Assembly (NCBI GenBank): GCA_963926035.1
Contig: CAWUWH010000044.1
Coordinates: 1-45,854, forward strand
Direction of reading: 5' to 3'
Length of the DNA stretch: 45,854 nucleotides
From: an uncultured Rhodospirillales bacterium
GTDB taxonomy: Bacteria; Pseudomonadota; Alphaproteobacteria; Rhodospirillales; Casp-alpha2
Shown here: positions 30,856-41,874 of the stretch, in pieces
Layout of the letters: each line of letters starts with the position of its first letter
How positions within the stretch are numbered: position 1 is the first letter of the stretch
Notes under the pieces: generated by a model
What the model was told of the DNA's origin: nothing
Database searches by the model: none
What the model saw: only the letters and a program-made list of their open reading frames with translations
Translations under genes and position numbers: made by a program

Positions 30856-33003
30856 ATGTTTAAAGAATTCCGAAAAGAAATTGAGTGGGCCGGCCAGACG
30901 CTTGTCCTTGAGACCGGAAAAATTGCCCGCCAAGCTGATGGTGCCGTTATGGCAACGCTTGGTGAGAGCAAAGTCCTTTGTACGGTTGTCGGTGAGAAGA
31001 ACCCGAAGCCTGGCTTGGATTTTTTCCCACTTGCTGTTCACTACGTTGAAAAGACATTTGCTGCAGGTAAAATTCCTGGCGGTTTTTTCAAGCGTGAAGG
31101 CCGCCCTTCAGAGCGTGAAACACTTACATCGCGCTTGATCGACCGTCCTATTCGTCCGTTGTTCGCAAAAGGTTTCAAAAATGAGACGCAGGTGATTTGT
31201 ACTGTTGTTTCACACGACCTTGAGAACGAAACAGATATGCTCGCATTGATTGGCACTTCTGCAGCGTTGACAATTTCAGGTCTTCCATTCATGGGACCGC
31301 TTGGTGGTACGCGTGTTGGACGTATCGATGGGGAGCTTATCCTCAACCCAACAGTTCCACAGATTGCTGAGAGTGACCTTGATCTGATCGTTGCAGGTAC
31401 GCAAGAAGGCGTGCTGATGGTTGAATCTGAAGCTAGCGAATTCACAGAAGAGCAAATGCTTGAAGCTGTGATGTTTGGCCACAATGGTTATCAGCCAGTT
31501 ATCGATGCAATCATCGAGCTTGCTGAAGCGTGTGCTAAAGAGCCTCGTGAATTGCCTGCTGCACCTGAAGGTATGGATGCGATTAAGGCAAGCATTTCAG
31601 CTGTTGCAACAGACGAACTTCGTGCTGCTTACGGCATTAGAGTTAAGTCTGACCGTCAGGCGAAAATTGCTGACGTAAAGCGTGTCGCAACGGAAAAGCT
31701 CAAAGCTGATGTCAGCATTGATCAGGATCTTTTGTCAGACGTGCTTAGCGATGTATTCAAAAGCCTCGAAAAGGACATCGTGCGTAACGACATTCTCGAC
31801 ACAGGCGAGCGTATTGATGGTCGTGATACAAAAACTGTTCGTCCAATTGCATGTGAAGTTGGTATTTTGCCACGTGCACACGGTTCAGCTTTGTTCACAC
31901 GTGGTGAAACTCAAGCCATGGTCACGACAACGCTGGGTACAGGTCAAGATGAGCAAATCATCGATAGCCTAGCCGAAAATTATCGTGAAAACTTCATGCT
32001 CCATTACAACTTCCCTCCTTTCTCAGTGGGTGAAGCTGGACGATTTGGTTTCACGGGCCGTCGTGAAGTCGGTCACGGTAAATTGGCTTGGCGTGCAATG
32101 CATCCAGTCATGCCGTCAAAAGAAGAGTTCCCATACACAGTTCGCGTTGTTTCTGACGTTACTGAATCTAACGGTTCATCATCTATGGCAACCGTATGTG
32201 GCACTTCGTTGTCTCTTATGGATGCGGGTGCGCCACTTGCACGCCCAGTTGCTGGTATCGCGATGGGGCTTATCAAAGAAGGCGAGCGTTATGCAGTGCT
32301 TTCAGACATCCTCGGTGACGAAGATCACCTCGGTGACATGGACTTCAAAGTGTCTGGAACTGAGACAGGTGTGACGTCTTTGCAGATGGATATCAAGATC
32401 ACGTCGATCACCGAAGAAATAATGAAAATTGCTCTTGAGCAGGCTAAAGAAGGCCGTCTTCATATTCTGGATGAAATGTCGAAAGCATTATCTAACTCAC
32501 GTGATTCAGTGAGCGGTAATGCGCCGCGCGTGACAGCAATGCAGATTAATCCAGAAAAAATTCGCGATATCATCGGCCCTGGAGGGAAGATCATTCGTGA
32601 AATCTGTGAAACAACGGGCGTCAAAATTGATGTTGAAGATGACGGTTCAGTTCGGATTGCTGCTGTTGATGCAGAAGCTGGTGATCGCGCTGCGGCTTGG
32701 ATCCGTGACATTGTTGCGGAGCCAGAAGTGGGTGTCATTTATGACGGTAAAGTTGTTAAGACCGTTGATTTCGGTGCATTCGTAAATTTCTTGGGCCCAC
32801 GTGATGGCCTCGTACACATCTCAGAAATGGCTGAAGGCCGTGTTGAGAAAGTTTCTGACGTCGTTAACGAAGGTGACGCTGTAAAAGTGAAACTTATTGG
32901 AATTGATGATCGTGGTAAGGTGAAGCTTTCCATGCGTGTTGTTAACCAAGAAACAGGTGAAGACATGACTGAGGAAGTTGGTGAGCGTAAAAAGCGGCCA
33001 TAA
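30856..33003 (+). CDS. pnp: Polyribonucleotide nucleotidyltransferase
   Basis: [46 protein letters not shown] and S1 domains. ATG 30856 follows GAGGA. Confidence 0.98.
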   Translation: MFKEFRKEIEWAGQTLVLETGKIARQADGAVMATLGESKVLCTVVGEKNPKPGLDFFPLAVHYVEKTFAAGKIPGGFFKREGRPSERETLTSRLIDRPIRPLFAKGFKNETQVICTVVSHDLENETDMLALIGTSAALTISGLPFMGPLGGTRVGRIDGELILNPTVPQIAESDLDLIVAGTQEGVLMVESEASEFTEEQMLEAVMFGHNGYQPVIDAIIELAEACAKEPRELPAAPEGMDAIKASISAVATDELRAAYGIRVKSDRQAKIADVKRVATEKLKADVSIDQDLLSDVLSDVFKSLEKDIVRNDILDTGERIDGRDTKTVRPIACEVGILPRAHGSALFTRGETQAMVTTTLGTGQDEQIIDSLAENYRENFMLHYNFPPFSVGEAGRFGFTGRREVGHGKLAWRAMHPVMPSKEEFPYTVRVVSDVTESNGSSSMATVCGTSLSLMDAGAPLARPVAGIAMGLIKEGERYAVLSDILGDEDHLGDMDFKVSGTETGVTSLQMDIKITSITEEIMKIALEQAKEGRLHILDEMSKALSNSRDSVSGNAPRVTAMQINPEKIRDIIGPGGKIIREICETTGVKIDVEDDGSVRIAAVDAEAGDRAAAWIRDIVAEPEVGVIYDGKVVKTVDFGAFVNFLGPRDGLVHISEMAEGRVEKVSDVVNEGDAVKVKLIGIDDRGKVKLSMRVVNQETGEDMTEEVGERKKRP

Positions 33004-33024
33004 TCCGTTATCGTAAAATATTCT

Positions 33025-33059
33025 CAGGGCGGCAGTCATTGGACTGCTGCCCTGTTTTT
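33025..33059 (+). terminator. Intrinsic terminator after pnp
   Basis: CAGGGCGGCAGTC-attg-GACTGCTGCCCTG (13-bp stem with one G-U pair) followed by TTTTT. Confidence 0.9.
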
Positions 33060-33200
33060 GTATTTACTGAAATTGAGACATGAGTGTTATCGCAAGTCTT
33101 TTTTCGTGCACCACAATCAGATTTCGCTTATTGATGCACTGTATAGATTACTCGGGCATTTAGTCCTGAGACGTATTTATGAATTTGTGAGGTACGGGCT

Positions 33201-33710
33201 TTGTCGAAAAAATCTAGTTACGCATATGATCACTTGTTGCAATGTTGCCGTGGAGAGCTTTTTGGGCCCGGCAATGCACAGTTGCCATCGCCACCAATGC
33301 TTATGTTCGATCGTATTACAGAGATATCTGAGACGGGTGGCACATACGACAAAGGCTTTGCAGTAGCTCAGATGGATGTCCGCAAGGATCTTTGGTTTTT
33401 TGATTGCCATTTTCAAGGCGATCCCGTGATGCCAGGATGTTTAGGTCTTGATGCTTTATGGCAGATGGTTGGGTTCTATCTTGGCTGGACCGGCGCAACA
33501 GGCCGCGGTCGCGCACTTGGTGTGGGGCAGGTAAAATTTACGGACCAAGTTACGCCAGATAAATCACTCGTTGAGTATCGCATTGATATTAAGCGAGTGA
33601 TGAGCAGGAAGATTACGTTGGGCATTGCTGACGGTGTTATGAAGGTTGATGGTAATGTTGCTTATGAAGCTGCAGACCTTAAAGTCACACTGTTTAACGC
33701 AGAAGAGTAA
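33201..33710 (+). CDS. fabA: 3-hydroxyacyl-ACP dehydratase/isomerase FabA
   Basis: [16 protein letters not shown] and [21 protein letters not shown]. Confidence 0.97.
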   Translation: MSKKSSYAYDHLLQCCRGELFGPGNAQLPSPPMLMFDRITEISETGGTYDKGFAVAQMDVRKDLWFFDCHFQGDPVMPGCLGLDALWQMVGFYLGWTGATGRGRALGVGQVKFTDQVTPDKSLVEYRIDIKRVMSRKITLGIADGVMKVDGNVAYEAADLKVTLFNAEE

Positions 33711-33727
33711 AAAAGAGCGAGGGTTCT

Positions 33728-34948
33728 ATGAGACGTGTCGTAGTCACGGGAATGGGCATTGTATCGCCCATCGGCAATAACGTCACTGAGGTGACGGACA
33801 GTTTGCGTGAAGGTCGTTCTGGCATCGTCCATTGTGAGGAATATGCGGAGCTTGGGTTTCGCTCGCATCTCCATGGCGCGCCCAAAATAGATATGGACGA
33901 ACGGATTGACCGCAAACTTCGCCGATTTATGGGTGATGGAGCGGCTTACTGTTACATCGCGATGGAAGAGGCTATTGCAGACGCTGGTTTAAGCGAATCT
34001 CTGGTGACGAGTGAACGAACAGGACTTGTTGTTGGTTCGGGTGGGCCGTCAACATCGGCGCAAATTGCGGCAGCTGATATCACGCGAGATAAAGGACCTA
34101 AGCGAGTAGGCCCTTATGCAGTACCTAAAGCGATGTGCTCAACAATTTCAGCAAATATGTCGACAGCATTCCATATGCGAGGCTTGAGCTATTCAATATC
34201 TTCGGCGTGTTCAACCAGTGCCCACTGCATTGGAAATGGTACCGAACTTATCCAGTGGGGTAAGCAGGATATTGTCTTGGCGGGTGGCGCGGAAGAGCTG
34301 CACTGGACGCTCACTGTTCTATTTGACGCAATGGGGGCTTTGTCTTCGAAGTATAATGGCTCTCCGGAACGTGCTTCGCGCGCGTTTGATGCAGACCGTG
34401 ATGGTTTTGTTATCGCTGGTGGAGCGGGTGTGGTTGTTCTCGAAGAACTAGAGCATGCCAAGGCACGTGGCGCGACGATTTATGGTGAAGTCGTCGGCTA
34501 TGGCGCAACATCTGATGGTGTTGATATGGTGGCTCCATCTGGTGAAGGTGCACGGCGCTGCATGAAAATTGCAACGGAAGGCCTGGGCGATACCAAAGTG
34601 GATTATATTAATGCACACGGTACATCCACGCCTGCTGGCGATATGACAGAGCTTAAAGCTATTCTGGAAGTATTTGTTGCAGACAAGCCTAAGATTTCCT
34701 CAACGAAGTCCCTGACGGGTCACTCACAAGGTGCAACCGGTGCGCATGAGGCCATTTATTCGATGATTATGTTGAATAATGACTTTATTGCCGCGTCGGC
34801 GAACATTGAGAATTTGGACCCAGAAGCCGGTGAGGCAGATATTGTTCGTGAGCGTATTGATAATGCGAATTTGAACTGTGTTATTTCAAATAGCTTTGGC
34901 TTTGGCGGTACGAACGCGACTTTAGCATTTAAACGGTTCGAAGGTTAA
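33728..34948 (+). CDS. fabB: Beta-ketoacyl-ACP synthase I
   Basis: [27 protein letters not shown] and [10 protein letters not shown]; follows fabA. Confidence 0.96.
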   Translation: MRRVVVTGMGIVSPIGNNVTEVTDSLREGRSGIVHCEEYAELGFRSHLHGAPKIDMDERIDRKLRRFMGDGAAYCYIAMEEAIADAGLSESLVTSERTGLVVGSGGPSTSAQIAAADITRDKGPKRVGPYAVPKAMCSTISANMSTAFHMRGLSYSISSACSTSAHCIGNGTELIQWGKQDIVLAGGAEELHWTLTVLFDAMGALSSKYNGSPERASRAFDADRDGFVIAGGAGVVVLEELEHAKARGATIYGEVVGYGATSDGVDMVAPSGEGARRCMKIATEGLGDTKVDYINAHGTSTPAGDMTELKAILEVFVADKPKISSTKSLTGHSQGATGAHEAIYSMIMLNNDFIAASANIENLDPEAGEADIVRERIDNANLNCVISNSFGFGGTNATLAFKRFEG

Positions 34949-34952
34949 TCCT

Positions 34953-35795
34953 GTGAACGAGCAAAAAAAAGCTGACATGAAGAGCTTATCGAGACTCAAA
35001 TCTAATTTGATGCAAGGAAAGCGCGGGCTCATTATGGGTGTCGCAAACGACCGATCAATTGCGTGGGGCATTTCAAGTGTATTAGCGCAACACGGTGCAG
35101 AATTAGCTTTCACATATCAAAATGACTCTATTGAGCGTCGCGTCCGCCCTCTTGCTGAGGGTATTGGGTCGAAAATTGTGGTTCAGTGCGATGTCGAGGA
35201 TGAAGCATCGATTGCAGCAGCTGTTGGGGCTTGCGCAGATGCGTGGGGGTCCATCGATTTTATTGTTCATGCAGTTGCCTATTCCGATAAGAATGAACTA
35301 AAAGGCAAATACGTTGAGACATCGCGTGATAATTTCCAGCGTACGATGGATGTTTCCTGCTATTCATTCACGTCGCTAGCCCGTCATGCTGCGCCGCATA
35401 TGAAGAATGGCGGTAGCATGATCGCTCTTTCATTCTATGGCGCTGAAAAAGTTGTGCCAAACTACAATGTGATGGGCGTCGCCAAAGCAGCACTGGAAGC
35501 AAGTGTCCGTTATCTGGCATCTGATCTTGGTCCTGATCATATTCGCGTTAACGCAATATCTGCAGGCCCAATGCGGACGCTCGCTGGAAGTGCTATCGCT
35601 GGCGCACGGCATATTTTCAGGTGGAACGAACAACACGCGCCCATGCGTGACAATGTGCAACTTGATGATATTGGTGGGTCAGCACTTTACCTGCTTTCAG
35701 ATTTGTCGAAAATGGTCACAGGCTCCGTCCAGTATGTTGATGGTGGATATAACATCATCGGTGTACCAAGTCCTGAAGCAGATGAATCGTCTTGA
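34953..35795 (+). CDS. fabI: Enoyl-ACP reductase (NADH) FabI
   Basis: GLIMGVANDRSIAWG, YNVMGVAKAALE and NAISAGPMRTLA. Start may be a downstream ATG. Confidence 0.96.
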   Translation: MNEQKKADMKSLSRLKSNLMQGKRGLIMGVANDRSIAWGISSVLAQHGAELAFTYQNDSIERRVRPLAEGIGSKIVVQCDVEDEASIAAAVGACADAWGSIDFIVHAVAYSDKNELKGKYVETSRDNFQRTMDVSCYSFTSLARHAAPHMKNGGSMIALSFYGAEKVVPNYNVMGVAKAALEASVRYLASDLGPDHIRVNAISAGPMRTLAGSAIAGARHIFRWNEQHAPMRDNVQLDDIGGSALYLLSDLSKMVTGSVQYVDGGYNIIGVPSPEADESS

Positions 35796-35840
35796 TTGCT
35801 GGCCCTTCCCTTTATTAAAAATCACTGATGTAGAAAAAAT

Positions 35841-36254
35841 ATGGCTGAGAAACGGTTAACATCAATAATTGCAAAGTTAAGAGATGCAGGCTTGCGTCCT
35901 ACACGTCAGCGTATCGCGCTTGCAAAATTGATGTTTATGAGTGGTGACCGTCATGTGAGTGCGGAAATGCTCCACAATGAAGCGGTTCAAGCGCGGGTCT
36001 CTGTATCTCTTGCGACAGTATATAATACACTACATCAATTCACGCAGGCAGGGTTGCTGCGCGAAATTGCCATCGATGCTGGGCGATCATATTTTGATAC
36101 AAACATGAGCGACCATCATCATTTTTATTTCGAAAGCGATGGGCACCTGGAAGACATTTCTTCTGAGGATGTCGTTGTTTCAAGTTTGCCTTTGCCGCCT
36201 AAAGGCGTTCGGATATCTCGCGTCGATGTTGTTGTTAGGGTTAGAGAAGACTAA
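35841..36254 (+). CDS. irr: Iron response regulator Irr (Fur family)
   Basis: GLRPTRQR, VSLATVYNTLHQF and YFDTN..DHHHFY (HHH motif typical of Irr); adjacent to the fab genes. Confidence 0.9.
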   Translation: MAEKRLTSIIAKLRDAGLRPTRQRIALAKLMFMSGDRHVSAEMLHNEAVQARVSVSLATVYNTLHQFTQAGLLREIAIDAGRSYFDTNMSDHHHFYFESDGHLEDISSEDVVVSSLPLPPKGVRISRVDVVVRVRED

Positions 36255-36268
36255 TCTGCGGAATTCTC

Positions 36269-36285
36269 TTTAGAATCATTCCAGC
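36269..36285 (+). promoter_or_regulatory. Iron control element (ICE, Irr box)
   Basis: TTTAGAATCATTCCAgc matches 15 of 17 positions of TTTRGAAYNRTTCYAAA. Confidence 0.72.
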
Positions 36286-36288
36286 GTA

Positions 36289-36317
36289 TTGACATGTTCT
36301 AGGTGGAGCGGCATATT
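36289..36317 (+). promoter_or_regulatory. Putative sigma70 promoter of rubrerythrin
   Basis: TTGACA-N17-CATATT, 3 nt downstream of the ICE. Confidence 0.6.
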
Positions 36318-36391
36318 ATTGCTGTGCATGGGCTTGCCGCCCTATTAAGTATTATAAAATACGGATCGATTAACACTTCAAGGAGGATCAT

Positions 36392-36808
36392 ATGTCCCTC
36401 AAGGGAACTCAGACAGAAGAAAACCTGAAAGCCGCATTTGCCGGCGAATCACAAGCGAACCGTCGTTATCTTTATTTCGCACAAAAGGCTGATATTGAGG
36501 GCTACAACGATGTAGCATCTGTCTTCCGTTCAACAGCTGAAGGTGAGACTGGCCATGCGCATGGTCACCTTGAGTTCTTGGAAGAGGTTGGTGATCCCGC
36601 AACAGGCGAGCCTATTGGTGATACAGGCCTGAACTTGAAGGCAGCGATCGTTGGAGAGACACACGAGTACACAGATATGTACCCAGGCATGGCCAAAACT
36701 GCCCGTGAAGAAGGTCTTGATGAGATTGCTGATTGGTTCGAGACGCTGGCAAAGGCTGAAAAGTCGCATGCAGGCCGTTTCCAAAAAGCATTGGATGCAA
36801 TGGATTGA
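36392..36808 (+). CDS. rbr: Rubrerythrin, short aerobic type without a rubredoxin domain
   Basis: [30 protein letters not shown] and [12 protein letters not shown] di-iron ligands; no C-terminal CxxC pairs; strong AAGGAGG Shine-Dalgarno. Confidence 0.93.
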   Translation: MSLKGTQTEENLKAAFAGESQANRRYLYFAQKADIEGYNDVASVFRSTAEGETGHAHGHLEFLEEVGDPATGEPIGDTGLNLKAAIVGETHEYTDMYPGMAKTAREEGLDEIADWFETLAKAEKSHAGRFQKALDAMD

Positions 36809-36834
36809 ACGCATTTTGAATGTGATTTAAGTTT

Positions 36835-36860
36835 TAAAGGGGGGCAATTGCCCCCCTTTA
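36835..36860. terminator. Perfect 26-bp palindrome; terminator or stabilising hairpin after rbr
   Basis: TAAAGGGGGGCAATTGCCCCCCTTTA is its own reverse complement; the T tail is only 3 nt. Confidence 0.7.
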
Positions 36861-36899
36861 CGATGCCGCGGCATATAAAATGAGATCAGGAGCAGGTTT

Positions 36900-38231
36900 A
36901 TGAGTGAAGGCAGTTTAGAAGCACCCATCCGCCATCCCATTGCATGGCAGGAACCAAATTTTTATGACGAAGCAAAACTTGATGAAGAGCTTCGTCGGGT
37001 TTTTGATATCTGTCATGGTTGCAGGCGCTGCTTTAATCTGTGCGACAGTTTTCCTCGCCTCTTCGATCTGATTGACGACGCTGAAACAGGTGAATTGGAT
37101 TCTGTTGATAGCAAAGATTTCAAGCCAATCGTAGATGCCTGCACACTTTGCGACATGTGTTTCATGGTTAAATGCCCTTACGTTCCCCCGCATGAATTCA
37201 ACTTGGACTTCCCGCATTTGATGCTCCGCTACCGAGCGATTGAGCATAAAAAAGGTGGTGTTCCATTTACGGCAAAGCAACTAACGAAGACTGACCGAAA
37301 TGGTGAAATTGCCAGTAAGGTCGCCGGTCTTGCGAATTGGGCTGGAAAGTGTGGGAATTTAGTGACCCGCCCGATCATGGAAAGCGCGCTTGGTATTCAT
37401 AAAAAAGCTGTTTTACCACCGTTTGCAGCTATCCCTTTTTCTGAACGCACTAACCAATCTGAAATTAATGAAGCTGCGCCTGCCTTTGGCCGCAAAGCTG
37501 TGCTCTATGCAACGTGTTTCGCTAATTATAACAACCCTCAAATAGGCGAAGCCGCTCAGGCTGTATTGGCAAAAAATGGCGTAGAGACAGAAGTTGTTTA
37601 TCCACGCTGTTGCGGGATGCCGCAACTCGAGCAAGGCGATATAGAGGCTGTTGCCAAAAATGCAAAAACAACCGCTGCTGATTTAGCGCCCTGGATAGAA
37701 AAAGGGTACGACGTTATAGCCCTTGTTCCATCATGCGCACTGATGCTCAAGTTTGAGTGGCCGCTCATTGTGACGGATGACGTAAACGTCAAAAAATTAA
37801 GTGCCGTAACGTTTGATGTTACCGAATACATTGTATTAATTGCCAAAAACAATGGCATGGTTGATGGACTAGGCGCATTAGAAGGTGGCGTCACGGTTCA
37901 TATTTCGTGCCATTCACGCGCCCAGAACATGGGCCAGAAGGCAGCTGAGATGCTTCGCCTCATCCCTGACCTTGATCTCACTGTTATAGAACGTTGTTCT
38001 GGACACGGAGGGTCATGGGGCATCATGAAAGAGAATTTTGATGTTGGCATCAAAGTAGGTAAGCCTGTGGCGCGTAAGGCAGGGGATGCCGAGAACAAAT
38101 ACATCCTTTCTGAATGCCCACTTGCCAGGGACCATATCGTTCAAGGAATTGATATGTTGGGAAAACCAACGGATGGTATCGAAAGTGTCCAGCACCCTAT
38201 TGAGCTCATTGCCCGCGCATATGACCTTTAA
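36900..38231 (+). CDS. Rubrerythrin-associated Fe-S oxidoreductase (GlpC/HdrD-like)
   Basis: CHGCRRCFNLC and CTLCDMCFMVKCP ferredoxin motifs; two CCG-type domains (RCCGMP, RCSGHGG). Confidence 0.88.
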   Translation: MSEGSLEAPIRHPIAWQEPNFYDEAKLDEELRRVFDICHGCRRCFNLCDSFPRLFDLIDDAETGELDSVDSKDFKPIVDACTLCDMCFMVKCPYVPPHEFNLDFPHLMLRYRAIEHKKGGVPFTAKQLTKTDRNGEIASKVAGLANWAGKCGNLVTRPIMESALGIHKKAVLPPFAAIPFSERTNQSEINEAAPAFGRKAVLYATCFANYNNPQIGEAAQAVLAKNGVETEVVYPRCCGMPQLEQGDIEAVAKNAKTTAADLAPWIEKGYDVIALVPSCALMLKFEWPLIVTDDVNVKKLSAVTFDVTEYIVLIAKNNGMVDGLGALEGGVTVHISCHSRAQNMGQKAAEMLRLIPDLDLTVIERCSGHGGSWGIMKENFDVGIKVGKPVARKAGDAENKYILSECPLARDHIVQGIDMLGKPTDGIESVQHPIELIARAYDL

Positions 38232-38258
38232 GCCATTAAGAATATTTGGAATTTGATT

Positions 38259-38846
38259 ATGGAAAGAACAAGTTTGTCCGCAGCAGATATCATTCCGATG
38301 GAAGAGTATGCTAAAGACCGAAAAGAGCGCCGTACTGCAATGTCTGCAACGAAGCGCGATCGGCGTATTTCTTGTGGGCCTGATGCCACTTTCTATTTCG
38401 AAAGCTATGAAACAATGTGGCATCAAGTCCACGAAATGCTCTTCATTGAAAAAGGTGGTGAAGCGCAGATCACCGATGAATTAAGTGCCTATAACCCACT
38501 TATCCCTAAGGGTAAGGAGCTGGTCGCAACATTAATGTTCGAAATTGATGACGAAGTTCGTCGCCAGTCTTTCTTAGCGGGATTAGGCGGTGTCGAAGAA
38601 ACAATTACATTCGAATTTGGTGATGAACAGGTATTAGGTGTGCCAGAGGAAGATGTGGACCGGACAACAGCTGATGGTAAAGCTTCATCGGTCCAGTTTA
38701 TCCACTTTCCATTCACAGATGCGCAAATTGTAAAATTCAAGAAACCAGATCAACGGGTATTGCTTGGCATTGGGCATCCCAAATATGGACACATAGCTTT
38801 GATCTCTGAGGTTGCGCGTGAAGCGCTCACGAAGGACTTCTTATAA
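38259..38846 (+). CDS. DUF3501 family protein
   Basis: QVHEMLFIE, DELSAYNPLIP, KASSVQF and HPKY; typical third gene of this cluster. Confidence 0.85.
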   Translation: MERTSLSAADIIPMEEYAKDRKERRTAMSATKRDRRISCGPDATFYFESYETMWHQVHEMLFIEKGGEAQITDELSAYNPLIPKGKELVATLMFEIDDEVRRQSFLAGLGGVEETITFEFGDEQVLGVPEEDVDRTTADGKASSVQFIHFPFTDAQIVKFKKPDQRVLLGIGHPKYGHIALISEVAREALTKDFL

Positions 38847-38861
38847 ATAATATTGTTAAGC

Positions 38862-39386
38862 TTATTCAAAAGCCTCATTCCTGGATGTTCCCCAAAAATC
38901 AACGCGACGAAGCCAACCTTCTAAGCCTTTAATGCGGACCTGACACCAGCCACTGCTTTCTGGGCAAGCAAGGACTTCGCCAACTGAACCTGGTTCTACA
39001 ACAGCAACAGCATTGCCTTTAGCTTCCGGCTTTGTGCGGATTGTTCGTGCCTTGTTGGTTACAAGAAAAGTACGCTTACCAGAAAGCATGCTTTGGTGCA
39101 TCCAACCTTGCGTTCCTTCCCAGTCACGAACGAGTCGCCATGTGCGGTACTCTTTGATGATCTCTACCGGAAGCGATTCGCGCTGGAAAATCCACTCGAC
39201 AGGATACTGCACACCAGGCCCGGTACGTAAACTTACCTCTGCTGCGCGTAAGCTAACGAAGCGTGGAAGCGGAAGGCCTGTACTCTGGGTTTGGGCATTC
39301 GTCGTTTCTATAGGCGCTATGGTTAGCCCTATTGAAAAAAAACCTAAAAGCACTAAAGCTCGAAAACAATTTATAAGTATATTCAT
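38862..39386 (-). CDS. Exported protein with two bacterial SH3 domains
   Basis: Signal peptide; TGLPLPRFVSL, LRTGPG..YP..W, WRLVRDWEGTQGW and WCQV....EGW. Confidence 0.88.
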   Translation of the reverse strand: MNILINCFRALVLLGFFSIGLTIAPIETTNAQTQSTGLPLPRFVSLRAAEVSLRTGPGVQYPVEWIFQRESLPVEIIKEYRTWRLVRDWEGTQGWMHQSMLSGKRTFLVTNKARTIRTKPEAKGNAVAVVEPGSVGEVLACPESSGWCQVRIKGLEGWLRRVDFWGTSRNEAFE

Positions 39387-39488
39387 ACGTGTTTATCGCC
39401 ATATGTGCCCGCCGGGTCAAGTTGCTGGACAAGCCCGCGTCTGATTGCTATGGCCACAGATGTAAATGCGCTGAAAAAAGGCAAAAAC

Positions 39489-40475
39489 ATGCCACGATCA
39501 AAAACTGTTGTTGTTGTCACCCGGAAGCTACCTGACGCGATCGAAACGCGGATGATGGAGCTTTTTGATGTTAGATTAAACCTCGATGATCATCCGATGA
39601 ATGCCTCTGAATTAGCGGAAGCTGTGAAGGTAGCCGATGTATTGGTGCCAACAGTTACAGATCGCATTGATGCTAAGATTATCAGCCAAGCTGGTGAACA
39701 GTTACGTCTGATTGCAAACTATGGCGCGGGCGTTGATCACATCGATCTAGCAACAGCGCGACAGCGCGGTATTACCGTTACGAATACGCCGGATGTCCTG
39801 ACCGAAGATACAGCAGATATGACAATGGCCTTGCTGTTGGCTGTGTCCCGCCGGTTGACCGAAGGCGAGCGTGGCCTCAGAAATGGGGATTGGCCCGGCT
39901 GGTCGCCAACCTGGATGCTTGGACATCGAATTTATGGTAAGCGGCTTGGAATTATTGGTATGGGGCGGATTGGCCAAGCTGTTGCGCGCCGTGCTCGTGG
40001 ATTTGGTCTTTCCATTCACTACCATAACCGCCGTAAGTTACATGAAGATATAGAGAACGAACTTGAAGCGACGTATTGGGAAAGCCTTGATCAGATGATG
40101 GCACGAATGGATTTCGTGTCTGTGAACTGCCCACATACGCCTGCGACATACCATTTACTTTCTGCGCGGAGATTGAAGTTACTGCGCGAAAATGCGGTTA
40201 TCATTAATACAGCGCGTGGTGAAATCATTGATGAAAATGCACTCACCCGTCTATTGGCAAACGGCGAGATTGCTGGCGCCGGTCTTGATGTTTTTGAGCA
40301 TGAGCCAGCGGTAAATCCAAAGCTTTTAGCCTTAGATAATGTAGTTCTTCTTCCTCACATGGGCTCTGCCACCCAGGAAGGTCGTATCGACATGGGAGAG
40401 AAGGTCTTGATCAATATCAAAACCTTTGTGGATGGACATGCGCCGCCTGACCGCGTCTTAGGCGACGCTTTCTAA
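39489..40475 (+). CDS. D-glycerate dehydrogenase / glyoxylate reductase (D-2-hydroxyacid dehydrogenase)
   Basis: GAGVDHID, VTNTPDVLT, GMGRIG, INTARG, LDVFEHEP and LPHMGSAT. ATG 39489 preferred. Confidence 0.9.
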   Translation: MPRSKTVVVVTRKLPDAIETRMMELFDVRLNLDDHPMNASELAEAVKVADVLVPTVTDRIDAKIISQAGEQLRLIANYGAGVDHIDLATARQRGITVTNTPDVLTEDTADMTMALLLAVSRRLTEGERGLRNGDWPGWSPTWMLGHRIYGKRLGIIGMGRIGQAVARRARGFGLSIHYHNRRKLHEDIENELEATYWESLDQMMARMDFVSVNCPHTPATYHLLSARRLKLLRENAVIINTARGEIIDENALTRLLANGEIAGAGLDVFEHEPAVNPKLLALDNVVLLPHMGSATQEGRIDMGEKVLINIKTFVDGHAPPDRVLGDAF

Positions 40476-40506
40476 TTAGATAATCAGTTTGATATTAGGA
40501 TAGGGA

Positions 40507-41874
40507 ATGGCGAAGCCAACGACCAAAGAAATTCCCTATGTCGATCCACTTGCGGCTTTTCAACCGTTCAGCGGCGACCCTGTTGCGGTGCTTTTGGATA
40601 GCGCAGATGAAGGTGGTGGCCGTGGTCGTTACGCGTTTTTAGCCGTCGACCCCGTCGAGGTCATTGTTGGTGATGCGGAAGGGCGCTTCGTAGAAGATCC
40701 ATTCATTAAAATGCGATCAATGATACATGTTGAACGACTTGAAACAGACCCCACAATTCCGCCATTTCAGACAGGAATCTGTGGCTTCTTAGGTTACGAG
40801 CTCGGCGGTTTGATCGAAGACCTGCCCCAGCATAAAGGGGGAAACGAATTCCCAAGCATTGGGGTTGGACTTTACGATACGATCGTTGCCTTCGATACAT
40901 TTGAACGTCGTGCCTGGATCGTTGCATCTGATATTGGTCCGGGCCGGTCTTCGCCAATGCGCCGCATCGAAGCGATGGCTGAACGCATGTCAGATATTCC
41001 AACTCTGCCAGCCTTAACGGACTCATCTGTTGCCTCTTGGGAATGGGAACTAGATCGCCAAGCTTATGAAGATGCTGTTCAAAAAGCGATCGACTACATT
41101 TATGCAGGGGATATTTTTCAAGCAAACATAACGGCGCGTGTAATGACGCAACTGCCTGAAACACTAGACCCATTCACTTTATATCGGCGGCTTAGGTGGG
41201 CAACGCCAGCCCCCTTCGCTGCGTATGTGTCCTGCGGTGAAGAGAACAAACTTCTGTGTGCATCGCCAGAACGATTTATCAGCCTTGATGCATCAGGAAG
41301 GATATCTGCGCGCCCCATTAAAGGAACTCGGCCGCGTGGTGATGTGCCTGAATTAGATGCAGCCCTTGCGGTAGAATTGACTGAAAGTGAGAAAGATCGA
41401 GCCGAGAATTTAATGATTGTTGATCTGCTTCGAAACGACATCTCGCGTATCGCATTAATAGGCAGTGTTGGCGTTAACGCTCTTTGTGAACTTGAGACAT
41501 TCACAAGTGTTCATCACCTTGTGTCTGAAGTGGTCGGCCGATTGCGACCTGGGTTTGATGTTGTTGATCTTTTCCGTGCCACGTTCCCAGGGGGGTCGAT
41601 TACGGGTGCTCCAAAAATCCGAGCGATGGAAATTATTAATGAATTAGAGCCCTCCAAGCGAGGCGCATATTGCGGAAGTGTTTTCTGGGCGGGGCTTGAT
41701 GGCGCAATGGATTCAAACATCATTATTCGATCGTTGACGGTTTCAGGCGATACGGTTTCTGCCCATGCTGGTGGAGGTATCGTTGCAGATAGTGAGCCGG
41801 CTTCTGAATACGAAGAAATGAGAACAAAGATAAATCCTCTTTTGGCGAGTATCTCGGGTGAGCAGGCATTATGA
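40507..41874 (+). CDS. pabB: Aminodeoxychorismate synthase component I
   Basis: LLDS, SPERF, PIKGT (the lysine typical of PabB rather than TrpE PIAGT), ENLMIVDLLRND and PGGSITGAPK. Confidence 0.92.
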   Translation: MAKPTTKEIPYVDPLAAFQPFSGDPVAVLLDSADEGGGRGRYAFLAVDPVEVIVGDAEGRFVEDPFIKMRSMIHVERLETDPTIPPFQTGICGFLGYELGGLIEDLPQHKGGNEFPSIGVGLYDTIVAFDTFERRAWIVASDIGPGRSSPMRRIEAMAERMSDIPTLPALTDSSVASWEWELDRQAYEDAVQKAIDYIYAGDIFQANITARVMTQLPETLDPFTLYRRLRWATPAPFAAYVSCGEENKLLCASPERFISLDASGRISARPIKGTRPRGDVPELDAALAVELTESEKDRAENLMIVDLLRNDISRIALIGSVGVNALCELETFTSVHHLVSEVVGRLRPGFDVVDLFRATFPGGSITGAPKIRAMEIINELEPSKRGAYCGSVFWAGLDGAMDSNIIIRSLTVSGDTVSAHAGGGIVADSEPASEYEEMRTKINPLLASISGEQAL

